From Camelus dromedarius (lineage: Eukaryota), in assembly GCF_036321535.1 (NCBI RefSeq), contig NC_087436.1, forward strand, positions 61,072,001-61,136,000: DNA of 64,000 nt, written 5' to 3'. Numbering within the stretch: the first letter of the stretch is position 1; the number at the start of each line of letters is the position of its first letter. The notes beneath the pieces are model-generated. The model had not been told where the DNA came from. It made no database searches and saw only the letters and a program-made list of their open reading frames with translations. This document shows, piece after piece, positions 1 to 12,450 of the stretch. The position numbers and the translations under genes are program-made.

Positions 1-69
1 TGGCCGTATGATTGGGATTGTGTTTTACTCTTTAATGACCTTATAAATGCCTAAAATGAGGCAGGTTTC

Positions 70-290
70 TATTGAATGACAGTAGGTTGTTTCCAACTCT
101 TTGCTGTGACAAATAGTGGTTCAGTGAACTTCATGATGGTACATACACATATATCTATACTTGTGAGAGCATTGCTGAAGATTATATTTCTGGGAGTAGA
201 GTGGCTAAGACAAGAGTTACACACATGAATTCTTTTTATAGATACTGACAAATTGCCTAACAAAATCTGTAATGGATTTATACCCATTAA
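70..290 (-). mobile_element. Old L1 (L1ME-like) fragment
   Basis: Diverged antisense L1 motifs (ggttgtttccaactctttgctgtgacaaatagtg...gatactgacaaattgcc). Confidence 0.6.
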
Positions 291-294
291 AATG

Positions 295-830
295 GTTTTG
301 GTGTCAGGTGATAGAAAAGTCAACCCAAAGTGGAGAAAGGAAATTTAATGGTCCTTGTACCAACTGTCCAGAGGAAAACTGGTTTCAGGCATGGTTGGAT
401 ACAGGCTCAGAAAGGATATCATCTGGCTCCAGGTTCTCTCTCCTGGCCCCTCAGCTCCACTCCCTCTTTGGTGGCTCCATCTCAGACAAGTTTCCCTTTG
501 TGGGATTAAAATAGCTGTGGTGTTCTAGGCTTCATCAATTCAGATTTTAGGGTTTAGTCCTATGAGAAATATCATGTTAGTCCTATGAGAAAATACATGT
601 TAATATCCTGGAAGCTTCAGTCAGTGTCTGTTTGGTCTTGATGGTTCACATGACCATCTCTGAATCAGTCTGAGTGCCCAGGGCCATGAAGGGTTTTATT
701 GGCCAAACCTGGAGCTGTGTGTGGAGTCAGCTGCACCAGAACGTCACGGTCTGAGAGTGGGGTAGAGTGGCTCACCAACTAGAGTTGGCAGCTTCAGCTT
801 TTTCTGAAAGTAGAGTCAATGGATAGGTGT
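295..830 (-). mobile_element. MaLR LTR (MLT1J/K-like)
   Basis: ggtttcaggcatggttggatacaggctca resembles the reverse complement of the MLT1K core; a related element lies in + orientation at 37.1-37.4 kb. Confidence 0.55.
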
Positions 831-1347
831 GAAATCAATAGTAAAGGTGATGGAATGCTCCTATGGAGACAGACTCTATCATGTGGACTTGGGAGTTCAG
901 ACTGTGTTCCATCTTGAGAGTTAGCCTTTAGAAGAGTTGGCATAGAGGGCTAATTAGGTGGTATGATTTAAATGACATTCTTTGCACTGCTGGTTGGGAC
1001 TGTAATTATGTATTACTGAAATGTCTTTGAGAGAGATCCTTAGATAAGATTGGTTTTATAACTGAAAAAGGAACCCTGTCTCTTTAGAAGGAGCAGGTGT
1101 ATTAACAAACAAAAGCATCTTAATCGTTTTGTTGAGGTTGCTATGGGAATGACTGAATGCAAATTTTATTTTAAGTCCCTTAAAGTTAGTAATCTGTAGA
1201 GAGCAGAGAAGTTTGGAGCAGGTGTTTTTGTTGTTGTTGTTTGTTTGTTTGTTCTGTTTTTTGAGAAGGAGAAAGAGATATCTTAAGGTTGGGGCAAAAA
1301 GAGTTTGAAGTTTTTAATCTGGAAGAGACCTGTGAGATTATTTAGGC

Positions 1348-1532
1348 CAGTGGTTCTTAAATTTGAGTGAGAATCACCTAGAAATTCTGTTAAAACAGAT
1401 TTCTGAGCTGCATCCCAGAGATTCTGATTCAGTAGGTCTGGGCAAGGCCTACATATTTGCATTTCTAATAAATTACCCAGTGATGCTGATGCGATGCTAC
1501 TGGCAGGGAGGACTACACCTTGAGAAGCACTG
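1348..1532. mobile_element. MER5A hAT-Charlie MITE inserted in a MIR
   Basis: Ends cagtggttcttaaa...gagaagcactg; 8-bp TSD atttaggc/agctaggc; MIR sequence on both sides. Confidence 0.85.
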
Positions 1533-2009
1533 AGCTAGGCAACTTCCCATTCTCTCAGTTTATAGATGGGGAAATTAAAACTTGGACAGGTGAGGGGCTG
1601 GCTCAAGGTGACTTTGAGAGTAAGCAGAAAAACTGGGGCTCGAATCAACTTCATTCCCTCCCCTTCTCCCCTCCTCTCCCATCCCTTCCCCATCTGCCCG
1701 CTGTAAGGAAACTGAGCCCCAGATTGGTTATTGCCGAGGTCATAGAGCAGAGACCCCAAACCTCTTGACTTCTGGGCTTGCCTTTTCTCCATACGTCTCA
1801 AAGGTTTCCACTGCTACAGAAGCAGAATGCGCCAGGGGATCATGGGTTTGCCCTTTCAGTAGGCAGATTATTCAGAAAGTGCTTTCCTTCCAAGCAGAGA
1901 ATGAGGAGAACCTGCACTGTTCAGTAGGATGAATCCTGAGTCCCATGATAGGGAAACTCAACAGAAATCGAAAGGCTCTCTGGCTTGGAAAAAAGATGCT
2001 TGTAGCTGG

Positions 2010-2518
2010 TGGTAGGAAAGAAAAACTACTCTACTCTCTTAAGTCCAGTCTCTGGGGGCATGTGAATTAAACTAACAACAGATAGACAGACAAGAGAAAA
2101 ATTTTTATCAATATTTTATTTGCACGCAAGTTCACAGAAAAAGAAGTGCAACTCAAAGAAGTGGTTAGACTAGGTGGCCTAAATACGATTTTAACAAAGG
2201 AAAGTGGGCTTGGGTTTCAAGGGATATACATCATGGGAAAGTGACTAGGAGACACATGGGGGAACCAATGGAGGATACAGTTATTTCGTAAGGGGTGTTT
2301 ATGCAAACTCTTCTCAGTGTGTAAGAATGCTCTTCTCTTCCTGCTATGGGATGGGAAGGGGAACACCTTCGCAAAGGGAAATGGATGCCCTGCTGGGAGG
2401 CAGGTAAGAGGAGGGCAGAGAAAAATTCCTGCATCTGTTGACTCTCAGTTGCCTTCAGCTCAAAATAATCCTTACACCAATGTGGCATATTTGGGGGTGG
2501 CAAATTCCGGACCCCTTC
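2010..2518 (-). mobile_element. ERV1-class solo LTR (MER34/MER4-group-like)
   Basis: Minus strand begins GAAGGGGTCCGGAATTTGCCACCCCCAAATATGCCACATTGGTGTAAGGATTATTTTGAGCTGAAGGC, a typical ERV1 LTR 5' end. Confidence 0.7.
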
Positions 2519-5169
2519 CCTGGATTCAGAGACTTGCCAGCATCAGGGCCTGTGAAACTCAGATGTTTGCTAGAGCAGCGTCACAGTGTTAGAAATTGAA
2601 AGAGTCAGGGCCATCGTTATCCAGCCGGAGGGAAGCTGAGCTTAGGTTAAGCACTTGTTAAAAGGACTAGTAAATTAGATTTCAAATGACTTTATTTATT
2701 TCTCTTAAAAAACCTTCCTTTAATTGTGTGTTATATTTTAGAGACTAGTATTTAATGATGTTGCTTAATGAAGAATTCTATTCGGGCTCTGTTAACCATG
2801 CCCGTGTAAAGAATAGCTATTTTTACCACTACACAATTACTAAAGGACCATTATCTACCTTATCTCAATTACGGGCACCATAACTAGAAAGAAATAAACA
2901 GCTGTGGGAGTGTTGGACTTGCAAATGCAACTCTATTAGGCGACAGCAGATATCATGATCCTCCTGTTTTAAAATATCTTCCCAACCTGGAACCCCAGTG
3001 CGTGGATGATACATTCACCACTTCCTAAGTTATCCTGCAGAATGCACACACGTTGTTTGCATGTCATTCTGAAGGAGTTCGTTGATCAGATCATGTCTCT
3101 CCGTGGCAGCGTAGGAATAAAAGTCAAAACATAGGATGAGAGGAAGGAGTACAGAAAGGGGTGCCTGGGGGCTTGCAGACCTAACCACACAAACACACGA
3201 AGTAAATGCAATACTCTTCTCGGCATTATGTATTCATTTTTCTTGCCAAGTTTGGGACCGTGGTGGTCAACAGTTGGCCTGGTGGGAGGAGTACTGTGGG
3301 GCAGGGGGCCTTCCAAGAAATCCTGAAATCTCACTGAAAAGGGAGTCTGTAGTGTTTCTCCTGTCTCTGCTCTTCCCATTAAAGGGGCTCAGTCCTTCCC
3401 AGACTTTCTGGCACACTTTAGCTCATTAGCAATTAATGTGGAGGGTCTTCTAATTAGCAAGCCCCCTGTGGTAGCAAACGCTGGTGCTGGATTGACTGAG
3501 TTCAACTCGAGTTCTACCATCATGTGATCCCAGGGGAAGTTACTAAACCTCCTAGAGCCTTGGTTTCCTCAATTGTAAAAGGGAAATCTACAGATATCTC
3601 TCCCACAACAGTGCAGACTGAGAGGGGTAATGCACCATCAAAGCCAGGCCACTGCAGGCGGGGTTTTTCAGGTGCAGACACTGAGATGCAAGACCTTTAC
3701 TAGGGATCTGCTCCTGTGTGTGGCAAGGGGAGGGAGCAGGCCTGGGCGGAGGGAAAGCTGAGCTGCGATGCTGTCTCTCCAGAGCCCCGGAGTGAGTGCT
3801 GCGCATCTAAGCTGTCCCAGGATGGGCTGCAATGGTCAGCCCTCTCTATCCCTGCCTCATGCACCTGCCTGACGTGGCTGCCCCGGGGAAGGGCGTACTC
3901 CTGAGTGAGGCAGCTCCCGCAGCATCAGAGGCAAACCGTAAGCTGATGTCTGGAGGCTGCCTGCTGGCCACAGTCCTGCAGCAAAGCGTCAAGGCCTTCC
4001 CTGCAGGCTGGGTTGGAAGGCTTATCTTCACATCTACCGCATAGGCATCCAACAAACATGCTTTCTCCAGGCCACTAGAACCATACACTTTTTTTTTTTT
4101 TTTTAACCTTTTCTCCATCCTCTTTCCATTCTCTATCTGCCTGCTTCTCTTGCACCTGCTCCTTCTGGAGCTTCCATCTCCCCACAGTCGTGAGAGCTTG
4201 CAGCTCCTCTGCAGGGGACCTAGAAGTAGTGCGGCTTCAGTTGCTGTTCTGCACGGTTCTACGTAAGCAGGAAATCTCTTCAACATCTTTGTCTCATTCA
4301 GATTATTTGCCAGTTACCCATAACTCCTCTTTTACTTTGATAGAGAGAAGCCAGGCTTTATTCTGCTGAATAGACCAGCCCAGATGCTGGTGAATGCACT
4401 GTCGGCCCGTGGCCTGCCAGCTGGTACTAACAACAGGGGAGAAGGCTTGGCTGCCTTGCTAATGGATTTCCAAGAACAAGGTGGGCAGCCAAAAAAGCCA
4501 GTCGGGCTCATTTCTTTCCCCTCTGTTACCTCTCTAAAAGATAAAGAGGCTGTCGGATCATGAATGGGAACATGGATTAGGTAATATTTGGGAGGAGGTT
4601 AATGTCAAAGGTGCTGGGAAGCCAATGTATGAAATAGAAAACAGGAGAAGACGGCTGATTTCTAAATGCCTCTGACATTCAGAAGCTGCTCTCGGGAGGA
4701 CATGGTAGGTGTGCAGATAATGGGAAGCCAGATCATCGGCAGAGGACTGGGAGCAGCTGTGAGGGCCCCAGATGTGTCTGCGATTGTCTTCCTAATATGA
4801 CCGATCCTGGCATCACTCCCTGAAGATGCCTGCATTTTTGGGTGTCCCAGGCCACATCCCTCTGAGCTCTGGGGATGGTTCCAAAAATGGCAGAGAGAGT
4901 GAGAGCATATGTATCTTTTGGCCACGTTAGAGAGAAGATCGCTAATCCTGTGTTCTGGCAGTTGATTTGCTGTATGTGAAATCTCCGCGCCTGGGCTGCA
5001 AGCCCACGAGCACATCAGGGGCTGGGAAAGCCCACCAGCTCCCTCCATGGATGGCGACCGTGCGATCTACCACACGGGGGCCTCTCCTGCACTGGCTTCC
5101 CTCAGGAACCCCACGGAGGGGACTTGGGAAGTGGGGACTCCCTTTCAGACACCATTTCAAGACTCAGCC

Positions 5170-5548
5170 ATTCTTTTTAAATGTTCTATTTTGGTAAAAA
5201 TATTTAGTATGAGATCTATCCTCCTGACAGATTTCAAGTGTGCGTATTATTGCTGACCACGGGCCCAGTGTTGTGCAGCCCTCCTCAGCACGTACTCATC
5301 GGGTTTAACTGAAAAACTGAAAATTTATGCCAGTTGATTATTAACTTCATTTCCTTCTCCTTGTCCCCCGGCCCCCGGCCACTGTCATTCCAGTCCTAGT
5401 GGTTACGAGGCTGGCTATTTTAGATAATTCATATGAATGGAAATATGTAGTACTTGTCTTTCTGTGTCTGGGCTTATGTCACTTAGCATACTGTCCCCCA
5501 GGTCCATCCATATTGTTGCTCATTATAGAATTTTCTTCTTTTTAAAGT
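5170..5548 (-). mobile_element. L1 3' UTR fragment (L1MA-like)
   Basis: Antisense L1 3' end motifs (gtagtacttgtctttctgtgtctgggcttatgtcacttagcat...tccatccatattgttgc). Confidence 0.8.
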
Positions 5549-5939
5549 CAAGCCTCAGATATTCTGCGGAAGAAGCCAGTAGCAGGGCCTCAGTTTACTT
5601 CCACGTTTGGGGATGTCAGCCTGGAATCCTTGTGCAGAAAGAGCGGAGCATCAGGTTTGACGGTGTTGAGGCCTGATGGTCCCAGCAATGTTTCATTTCA
5701 TTTGTGAGTCTACCAGCACCTGGAGAGGCTGAGTGACTTGTCCCAGGTCTCACCACTTGTGAACAGTGGGGCAGGCCCCAGCTGGCTCCAGAGACTTCAG
5801 GTCTATGGTGACTGTGTCTGATTTTTCTCAAATCAGAGAAGACATGAGGACATGGACGTTTAATCCCGTGGAGATTCAAGTCAGGTGCTAAACAACCGGG
5901 GCTTCAGAGGAGGCTGCTGTCCTCACTTGCCAGTGGTCA

Positions 5940-6272
5940 GACATCTTCCACCGTCCTCTGGACATGGCTGCAGAGCCTTTGAAATGTGACTCATCCAAAC
6001 TGAGAAGTGCTGCGTGAATTTTAAAAGTTTAGTGTGAAAGAAGAAGTAAACTACCTCATTCATAATCCATAGATGGATTATATGCTGAAATGATATTCTG
6101 GATATATTGGGTACAATAATTATATTTAAAAAGTATACTTTACATTTATAATAATATCAAATACATTATTAAAATTAATTTCACCTGCTCCTTCTCACTT
6201 TTTAAAATTGGGCTACTAGAAAATTAAAAATACCCCAGTGGTTCACATTACATGTCTAATGGATTACTCTAG
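5940..6272. mobile_element. MER33-like hAT-Charlie element
   Basis: tgaaatgtgact...attaaaattaatttcacctg...gctactagaaaatt. Confidence 0.7.
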
Positions 6273-6499
6273 AGTCACCCGTATCCCTGAATACATTTAC
6301 TCTGTTTTTGGCTTCTGCCTCTTCAGTTGACATCACTGTTACTGGTGGGGACTGAGTAGGTCACCCACTTTGGACTTTGAAACTTAAGAGGTAGTTCACA
6401 GCATGGTGTTATTTTATATGCAGGTACACATGCTTATAATTGGGTGTTCATAGGGGACTTGGCACTTTAATGTCAACAAAGAAGCCTCCTGGGGTCAGG

Positions 6500-7065
6500 C
6501 CTCATTCACTCAACAAATATTTATGTGACGTCTTCCTGGTGATGAAGTATTTTGTCAGATTCTGGGACTATGTCTGAGAACAAGAAAAAAATTAGTCCCT
6601 GGCCTTGGGGAGCTTATAGTCTGGTAGAGGCAATGCCATTGTGGTGGGCAATTTTATGTGTCAACTTGACTGGGCCATGGGGGGGTCCAGATATCTAGTC
6701 TAAGAATATTCTGGGTGTTTGGGAATGAGATTAACATTTGAATGAGTTGAGTGAGTAAAGTAGATTGTGGGTGGGCCTCATCCAATCAGTGGAAGGGCTG
6801 AGTAGAACAAAAAGGCTGAGTGAGAAGGAACTTCAGCAGCTTGACCCCTGAGCTGGACACCAGCCCATTCCTACCTTTGGACTTGTACTGGAACTTCTGC
6901 CATCTGCTCTCCTGGGGCTTCAGCTTGCTGACTGCAAATCTTGAGATTTTTCAGCTTCCAAGTCACATGAGCTGACTCCTTATAATAGATAACTCTCTTT
7001 CTCTGGAGAATCCTGACTGATACAGACATTAAACAAACAATTTACATACTGAATAATTATATAAC
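6500..7065 (-). mobile_element. L2 3' end, interrupted by MLT2
   Basis: cattcactcaacaaatattta...ccctggccttggggagcttatagtctggt; resumes after 7024. Confidence 0.7.
6640..7024 (+). mobile_element. ERVL LTR MLT2 (MLT2B/D-like) solo LTR
   Basis: TG...CA ends, aattttatgtgtcaacttgactgggcc, ctctggagaatcctgactgataca; 5-bp TSD gccat/gacat. Confidence 0.85.
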
Positions 7066-7929
7066 TGCTTGAGGGTGTGGCGTGGTGGTGAGCTGATACA
7101 GAAAGACCTAGGGATGGAATCTACTCTACCATCTTCAGGGTTCCTGCAGACCCTGGCCTTTTCCCAAAGAAGCCTGGCCCACTGCATCATCTCCCACAAC
7201 TTGGCCACCTTCCTTGCACATACAGGGCAGGAAATGACCCAGCCAGGTCTAAACCTGGAGTCTGGTCTGGAGTGGAAAGGCTCTTCCTGTCCCTATACCA
7301 GTCTTTGACTCCAGGTAGGGGAGGCCAGAGAAGTGAAATCTGCTCTGTTTTTCAGTTCCCCTTATTCCCTTTTTATTATTTAAGTTTCTTTTGATAAGAT
7401 GAATTAATGAAAATGAATGCCTTGAACACCTCTGCCACTTGGCGTTCTGCACGTTTTATGAAGTTTTGACAGGGAAATGACAATGTCATCCTTCTTTCTA
7501 CACCTCAGTGCCATGCTTGCAGCTTTAGAAAATGTCTTGCATGCCTGGTGGAGAGCCTGGGGGTGGAGTTGGGTGTGGGTGCTACATTGTGGGTGGAAGC
7601 ATGTGGTGGGAGAGTGGTCAGATTAGCATGGATATCAGTCCTGGCCATCTACTGTCTATGTGCCCCTGGGCAGTCATTCAAAATGGCCTGACCCCAGCTG
7701 CCTCGTCTGTACAATGGGCTTGTACCGCACACTAGGTAGGCTGCCAGGAGGATTAGTGATAAAGTATAGAAAGCCCCTAGCATCACTCTAGCACACAACA
7801 GATTGATGGTTTCTATTGCTGTGGTGGATAATTGTCATAGGGAGGCTCCTATGTCTCTTGTTCCTTGGTCCTAGTTGGTCAGGTTCACAGAGGGACAGAG
7901 TCTGAACACTTACGTTGGAATGATGTTCT

Positions 7930-8135
7930 GGTCATATATGACAGCATTACACACTACCCCAAACTTAGGAGGTAAAACCACACCCATGTCCTTATCTGCA
8001 TGGATCCTATGGGCCAGGGATTCGGGGGGCACGTACAGGGATGACCTGTCTGCTCCACCATGTCTGGGGGGGAAGAGCTGATTGGCTGGGGGCTGGAATC
8101 ATCCACAGGCGTCTTCACGCACATCTGGCTGGGTG
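7930..8135 (-). mobile_element. MaLR LTR fragment (MLT1F/G/H-like)
   Basis: tctgctccaccatgtctgggg...ggctgggggctggaatcatc...ttcacgcacatctggc. Confidence 0.6.
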
Positions 8136-8139
8136 TGAG

Positions 8140-8980
8140 TGGGTTCCCTGATGGCTTAATGAGGCTGAGGATCTTTTCATGTGCTTATGGCTATTTGTAT
8201 ATCTTCTCTGGAGAAATGTCTAGTCAAATACTTGGCCCATTTTAACAATGGCTTGTCTTTTTAATTATTATTATTATTAAAAAATATGGACTACTTCACG
8301 AGTTTGTGTGTCATCCCTGCACAGAGGCCATGCTAATCTTCTCTGTAGCCTTCCAATTTTTTTAGTATATGTGCTGCTGAAGTGAGCACTGTCTTTTTAA
8401 TTGTTGATGTATATGAGTTCTTTATATATTCTAGATACAATTTCCTTATCAGATACTTGATTTGCAAATATTTTCTCCCATCCTGTAGGGCATCCTTTCA
8501 CTTTCTTCAGAGTGTCCTTTGAAGTACAAGTTTTAAATTTTATGTCCAGTTTATCTATTTCTACTTTTGTTGCCTGTGCTTTTGATGTCATATCTAAGAA
8601 GTCTTTGCTCAACCTGAGTTCATGAAGACTTACTCCTATATTTTCTAAGAGTTTATATTTTTGCTCTGATTTAGGTCTATAATCCATATTGGGTTAATTT
8701 TTATATATAGTGTGAGTAAATGGTCCAACTTCAATCTTTTACATGTGGATATCCAGTTTTTCCAGCACTATTTGTTGAAAAGACTATTTCCACCCCCATT
8801 GAATTTTCTTGGCATCTTGGTCAAAACTCAGTTGACCATACATGTTAAAGTTTATTTCTGACTCCAATTTTATCTATATGTCAATCCTTCATACCAAACG
8901 TATGTCATGATTACTGTAGCTTTGCAGCAAGTTTTGAAACCAGTAAATGTGGGCCCTCCAACTTTGTTCTTTTCCAGTAT
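8140..8980 (-). mobile_element. L1 ORF2 3' fragment (degenerate), host of the U6 insertion
   Basis: Translated 8397-8687 ...KAQATKVEIDKLD...WEKIFANQVSDKEIVSRIYKEL matches the L1 ORF2 C-terminal region. Confidence 0.92.
8279..8389 (-). pseudogene. RNU6: U6 snRNA retrocopy (full length)
   Basis: Minus strand reads GTGCTCACTTCAGCAGCACATATACTAAAAAAATTGGAAGGCTACAGAGAAGATTAGCATGGCCTCTGTGCAGGGATGACACACAAACTCGTGAAGTAGTCCATATTTT, i.e. U6 with CpG decay; (AAT)n tail; TSD tgtctttttaatt at 8254-8266 and 8390-8402; the upstream flank is L1, so no PSE/TATA promoter. Confidence 0.95.
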
Positions 8981-10299
8981 GTGATGTTTTGGCACCAAAA
9001 GCATATCCCATCCTCAAAGCCAAACTCTAGATGAAACAGTGAAATGGACAATTTTGGGCAACCTGCCTTCTTTCTGTAACCCTTTCCTTTTTCTTCCCTC
9101 TGAGCATTCAGATTCTCTCTGTGCTTTCCATCCTTCTCTTTATCAAAAGCTGCTCTCTAGGGAAGAATGTAATAAACTTTTTCTTACTTAGGTATAAATG
9201 ACTAAAAAAGCTTAAAGTTATTACCATTCTCAGGAAAATTTGCTTTTCAAAAAAGAGAACAAAAATGTCTTAAACCTGAGGAATTACTCTCCAATGGTAA
9301 CCTTTTCTCTATATGCAGGCAGAGGAAAGTGCTTTTTTTTTTTTTTTAAGGCAGGGAAGTTCTCATATTGTGTCTGAAAAGATGTGATGGACGGGCCTAT
9401 ATCCTGCTTATGCCCAAGGCTGGCTTTGTTCAAAGTTATTGATTCTTTTTCCCCCATCTGTGAGTTTTATACCCATCACTTACTTGCTTTGTGACCACGG
9501 GCAAATTAACCTCTACGAACCTCAGTTTTCTCTTTTGCAATATGGAGAAAATGGTGCTCACTGCAAAAATGTGTAGCATCTGTTCTGTTTAGCTACTAAC
9601 AGTAAGACCAACATACATTTGGACTTAACACAACTCCAAAGCCTGAATGCCTTCATCTTTCTCTCTCAAGGAAAAGAGATAAGCTTTCTACTAAAGCGCT
9701 TTAATCCTTCCTTACACGGCTGCTAGGGGTGGTGTGGGAGAAGCATTCAGGAAAACAGCATTTGGGAAGATGGAATGGGGATTCTCAGATTCTCCCCTGG
9801 GTAGATTCTCCCCTCGCCACCAGCCACTGCGGGATGCGGGACATCTTGCTCAGTCTCCTCTGGTTTGAGGAACAGGAGTTTGCACTTGCTCACACATCGT
9901 GATGACATGTAGTTTTACACTTTCCACGCTTTTCACAAGGATCAGCGTGGCTGATCCTCCAAGCATCCCTGTGAGGCCAACTTTATTGCCGTGTTACAGA
10001 TGGAGAAACTGAGCCCAGAGAAGCAAAGAGACTTAAGACCCACACCCTCTTTCCATGCACGTCACAGATTTGTAAGGCTGAGAGTGACCTTGGCCCCTAA
10101 CACTGCCACCCACACCATTCCAGACCCCAGGGACCAATCTGCTCTTTGTTTTCTACACTTATTGGAGATTTCACCTCATTTGGCCATGGGAGCGCTTCCG
10201 TTCCTAAAAAGTTCCTTGTTTTAAGGTGGAAAATCCCAAACCAGTGACACCCCAAACTCAAAACGCATGCATGTTTTCCTGAGTTGCTATGTGAGGCAC

Positions 10300-11060
10300 T
10301 AGGTTTTAGTGTTGCTCAGCCTGAACCGCTCGGGAAGGACAGACCTGGGTGCGATGGTTGAGCGGGATGCGCTGCATTGAAGTATACGGGCCCTTCGGGC
10401 GAGCGCGGCCCAGGCCGAGCATTCCCGGACCTGCCCGGTAGATGGCAGCATCGTGCAGCCGATGCCTCCTCTCCGGGCGCCAGCCCCACTCTACCCCTCC
10501 GCGTCTTCCCTGTGCTTGGCTGCGAGGCACAGGTAGCCAGCGCCTCCCCACTCCCTGATGCCCGCGGTGCCGCACCATCTACTGATGGTCTGTGCCTGGC
10601 AGGTTACAACAGGTCTGAATCCATAGCATGGGGCTGACTCAGGCTCGGGTGTTTTTGTGGCTCCGAGTATAGCCGTTACTTTCTTTGGCTAATTGGCCTA
10701 GACCGTTTGTCCGCGCCTCCCTCCCCGCCCCATCACCAAGAAGTGCAGGAAAGGCTAATAAACGTTTCCTCATCCAAGTGGTTTCTTACCCCATTCCTTT
10801 TGTGCCGTGAGCTTTGTCCTTAGCGACCCCCGTGTCCCCAGCCGCTCACGGTCCCGGGTCGTTGCCTCTCTCTTGCGTTCTCCCGCCAACAGGGACTCCG
10901 CGTGCCCTGCGATTTTGACTGTGGCCACTAGAGGGCAGCAACGTCACGTGCTGCGCAGGAGCCTGGCCGGGAAATGCGGCGGGCTGGTCCCAGGCCGTCC
11001 GCGTCCTAGACTTGACCTTGGGACCTGCAACTGCCTGTGGCGGGGGCATTCCCTCTTCCT
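10300..11060. promoter_or_regulatory. CpG-rich element with three CTCF motifs (candidate insulator/loop anchor)
   Basis: CCGGTAGATGGCAG + 10435-10448; TCAGTAGATGGTGC - 10572-10585; CCACTAGAGGGCAG + 10925-10938 (perfect CCASYAGRKGGCRS); GTCACGTG E-box 10943-10950; CpGs retained. Confidence 0.75.
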
Positions 11061-11949
11061 GACTCTGTGGGCTCCTTCAGGTGTGCTCTGGGGTCCCTTT
11101 CCCTCAGAAATCTCATTCCCCTCGTCCTCCCCCTTCTTGTTTGTGTCTCAGTCACTGAATAGATTGGCTGGTTCCCATCAGCTTTTTAAACATCAAGTAA
11201 ACCACATAGTGGGAAGAGGGGATCCCGGTAAGTTCCTCTCTGCTGAATACCCCCATCTCTCAGGACACCTACCCCACCACCAAGCTTTAGCTGGCGGAGA
11301 TAGGGAGACTTTTAGTTGATTTAGTTCCTCAGTCCCCTTCACCGTTCTTCCCCACACTTCCCTCCATTTCTCAGATATTCATCCTTATCTTTCTTATTTG
11401 ATCTCCCTAGAACTGGCACCATCTCCCTTCCTCCCAGATCTATCCTGCCTTGGCTAGATTTTGATTTTGAGACTTCTGCTCTGGCTGTTCCTTTCTCTAT
11501 TCTTCAGAAATTTACTTCCTTTGCCAACCCTTTAAATGTCTGTGGTTCCAGCATTCTGTCTTTGCCTCCCTTCTCACCCTCCTCACCTTCCCTGAGAATC
11601 TGTTTATGTGCCTAGAGCCAAAACCTACCACTGCCTTCTCCACAACCTCCAGCATTTATTGATCACTAATTCTGATGGCAACCATGTAGTTAACTTGGTG
11701 AAAATTTCTCTTTTGAGCTATAGACCCATTTCTTCATTTTGCCAGGCTAACAGGTCTGCTTGGAAAAAATGCTTAGAAAGTTGTCTCTGGCCTATAACAC
11801 TGAGGATGGTGGCCACTGTTTGTCTCCTGTAAAGCACTGCTTTAAATGAATAATTCTTCACCTCTGAACAGCTGGTGCTTCTCTTTCAAGGCTTGTCCAA
11901 GATTGAAAAATGTCCCTACCTAGTGCTTAACTAGAGAAGCAGTCACTGA

Positions 11950-12250
11950 ATCTAACCATCCCTTCTCCCTCCACCCACTGTTGAGGGAAGCACATCAAGT
12001 CACCCGATCTTCCATCTCAGCCCTGGATGATTGGACCCGGGCTACAAAACTGGAGTGGCAATGGGCCAATCAGAGTCTTTTTTCTTGAGATTTTGGGACT
12101 GCAACACTGAGAATAGGGAGCGGCTGTTGGGTGTTCACCAGATGAAGTGAGGGCTTTCAGCTGAGGGAGCGGAGGAGCAGGCTGTGGCTGAAGGGCTGGG
12201 AGGCTGAGTGTGAGATGAGAGAAGCAGGAACCAAGCCATGTGACCTTATC
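11950..12250. mobile_element. ERVL LTR16-like fragment
   Basis: tgattggacc...gggccaatcagagtc...gagattttggga. Confidence 0.45.
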
Positions 12251-12339
12251 TTGTCCGGGTCAAGCGTTAGATAAAGTATTTGAGGAGAACAGCTCAGTTA
12301 TATCTGAATGACACAAACGGTGGCGGGGGTTGGGGGGGG

Positions 12340-12450
12340 AGTGGAGAATTAGAACTGCAGAATCAAGATCCAAGAAGATCTCACAGATCTAAATTAAAAG
12401 CGATGGAGTTCAATAAATGTGAAGTTCTACATTTAGGTTAAAATTGTTCA
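12340..12450 (+). mobile_element. CR1/L3 ORF2 fragment
   Basis: agaatcaagatccaagaagatct...gatggagttcaataaatgtgaagttctacatttagg. Confidence 0.6.

Noticed and set aside
8140..8389. U6/L1 template-switch chimera
   Set aside because: L1 continues on both sides and a TSD flanks U6 alone, so U6 inserted into an existing L1
10807..11319. 170-aa ORF in the CpG-rich region
   Set aside because: Non-ATG start, no recognisable domain; long ORFs are expected by chance in GC-rich DNA
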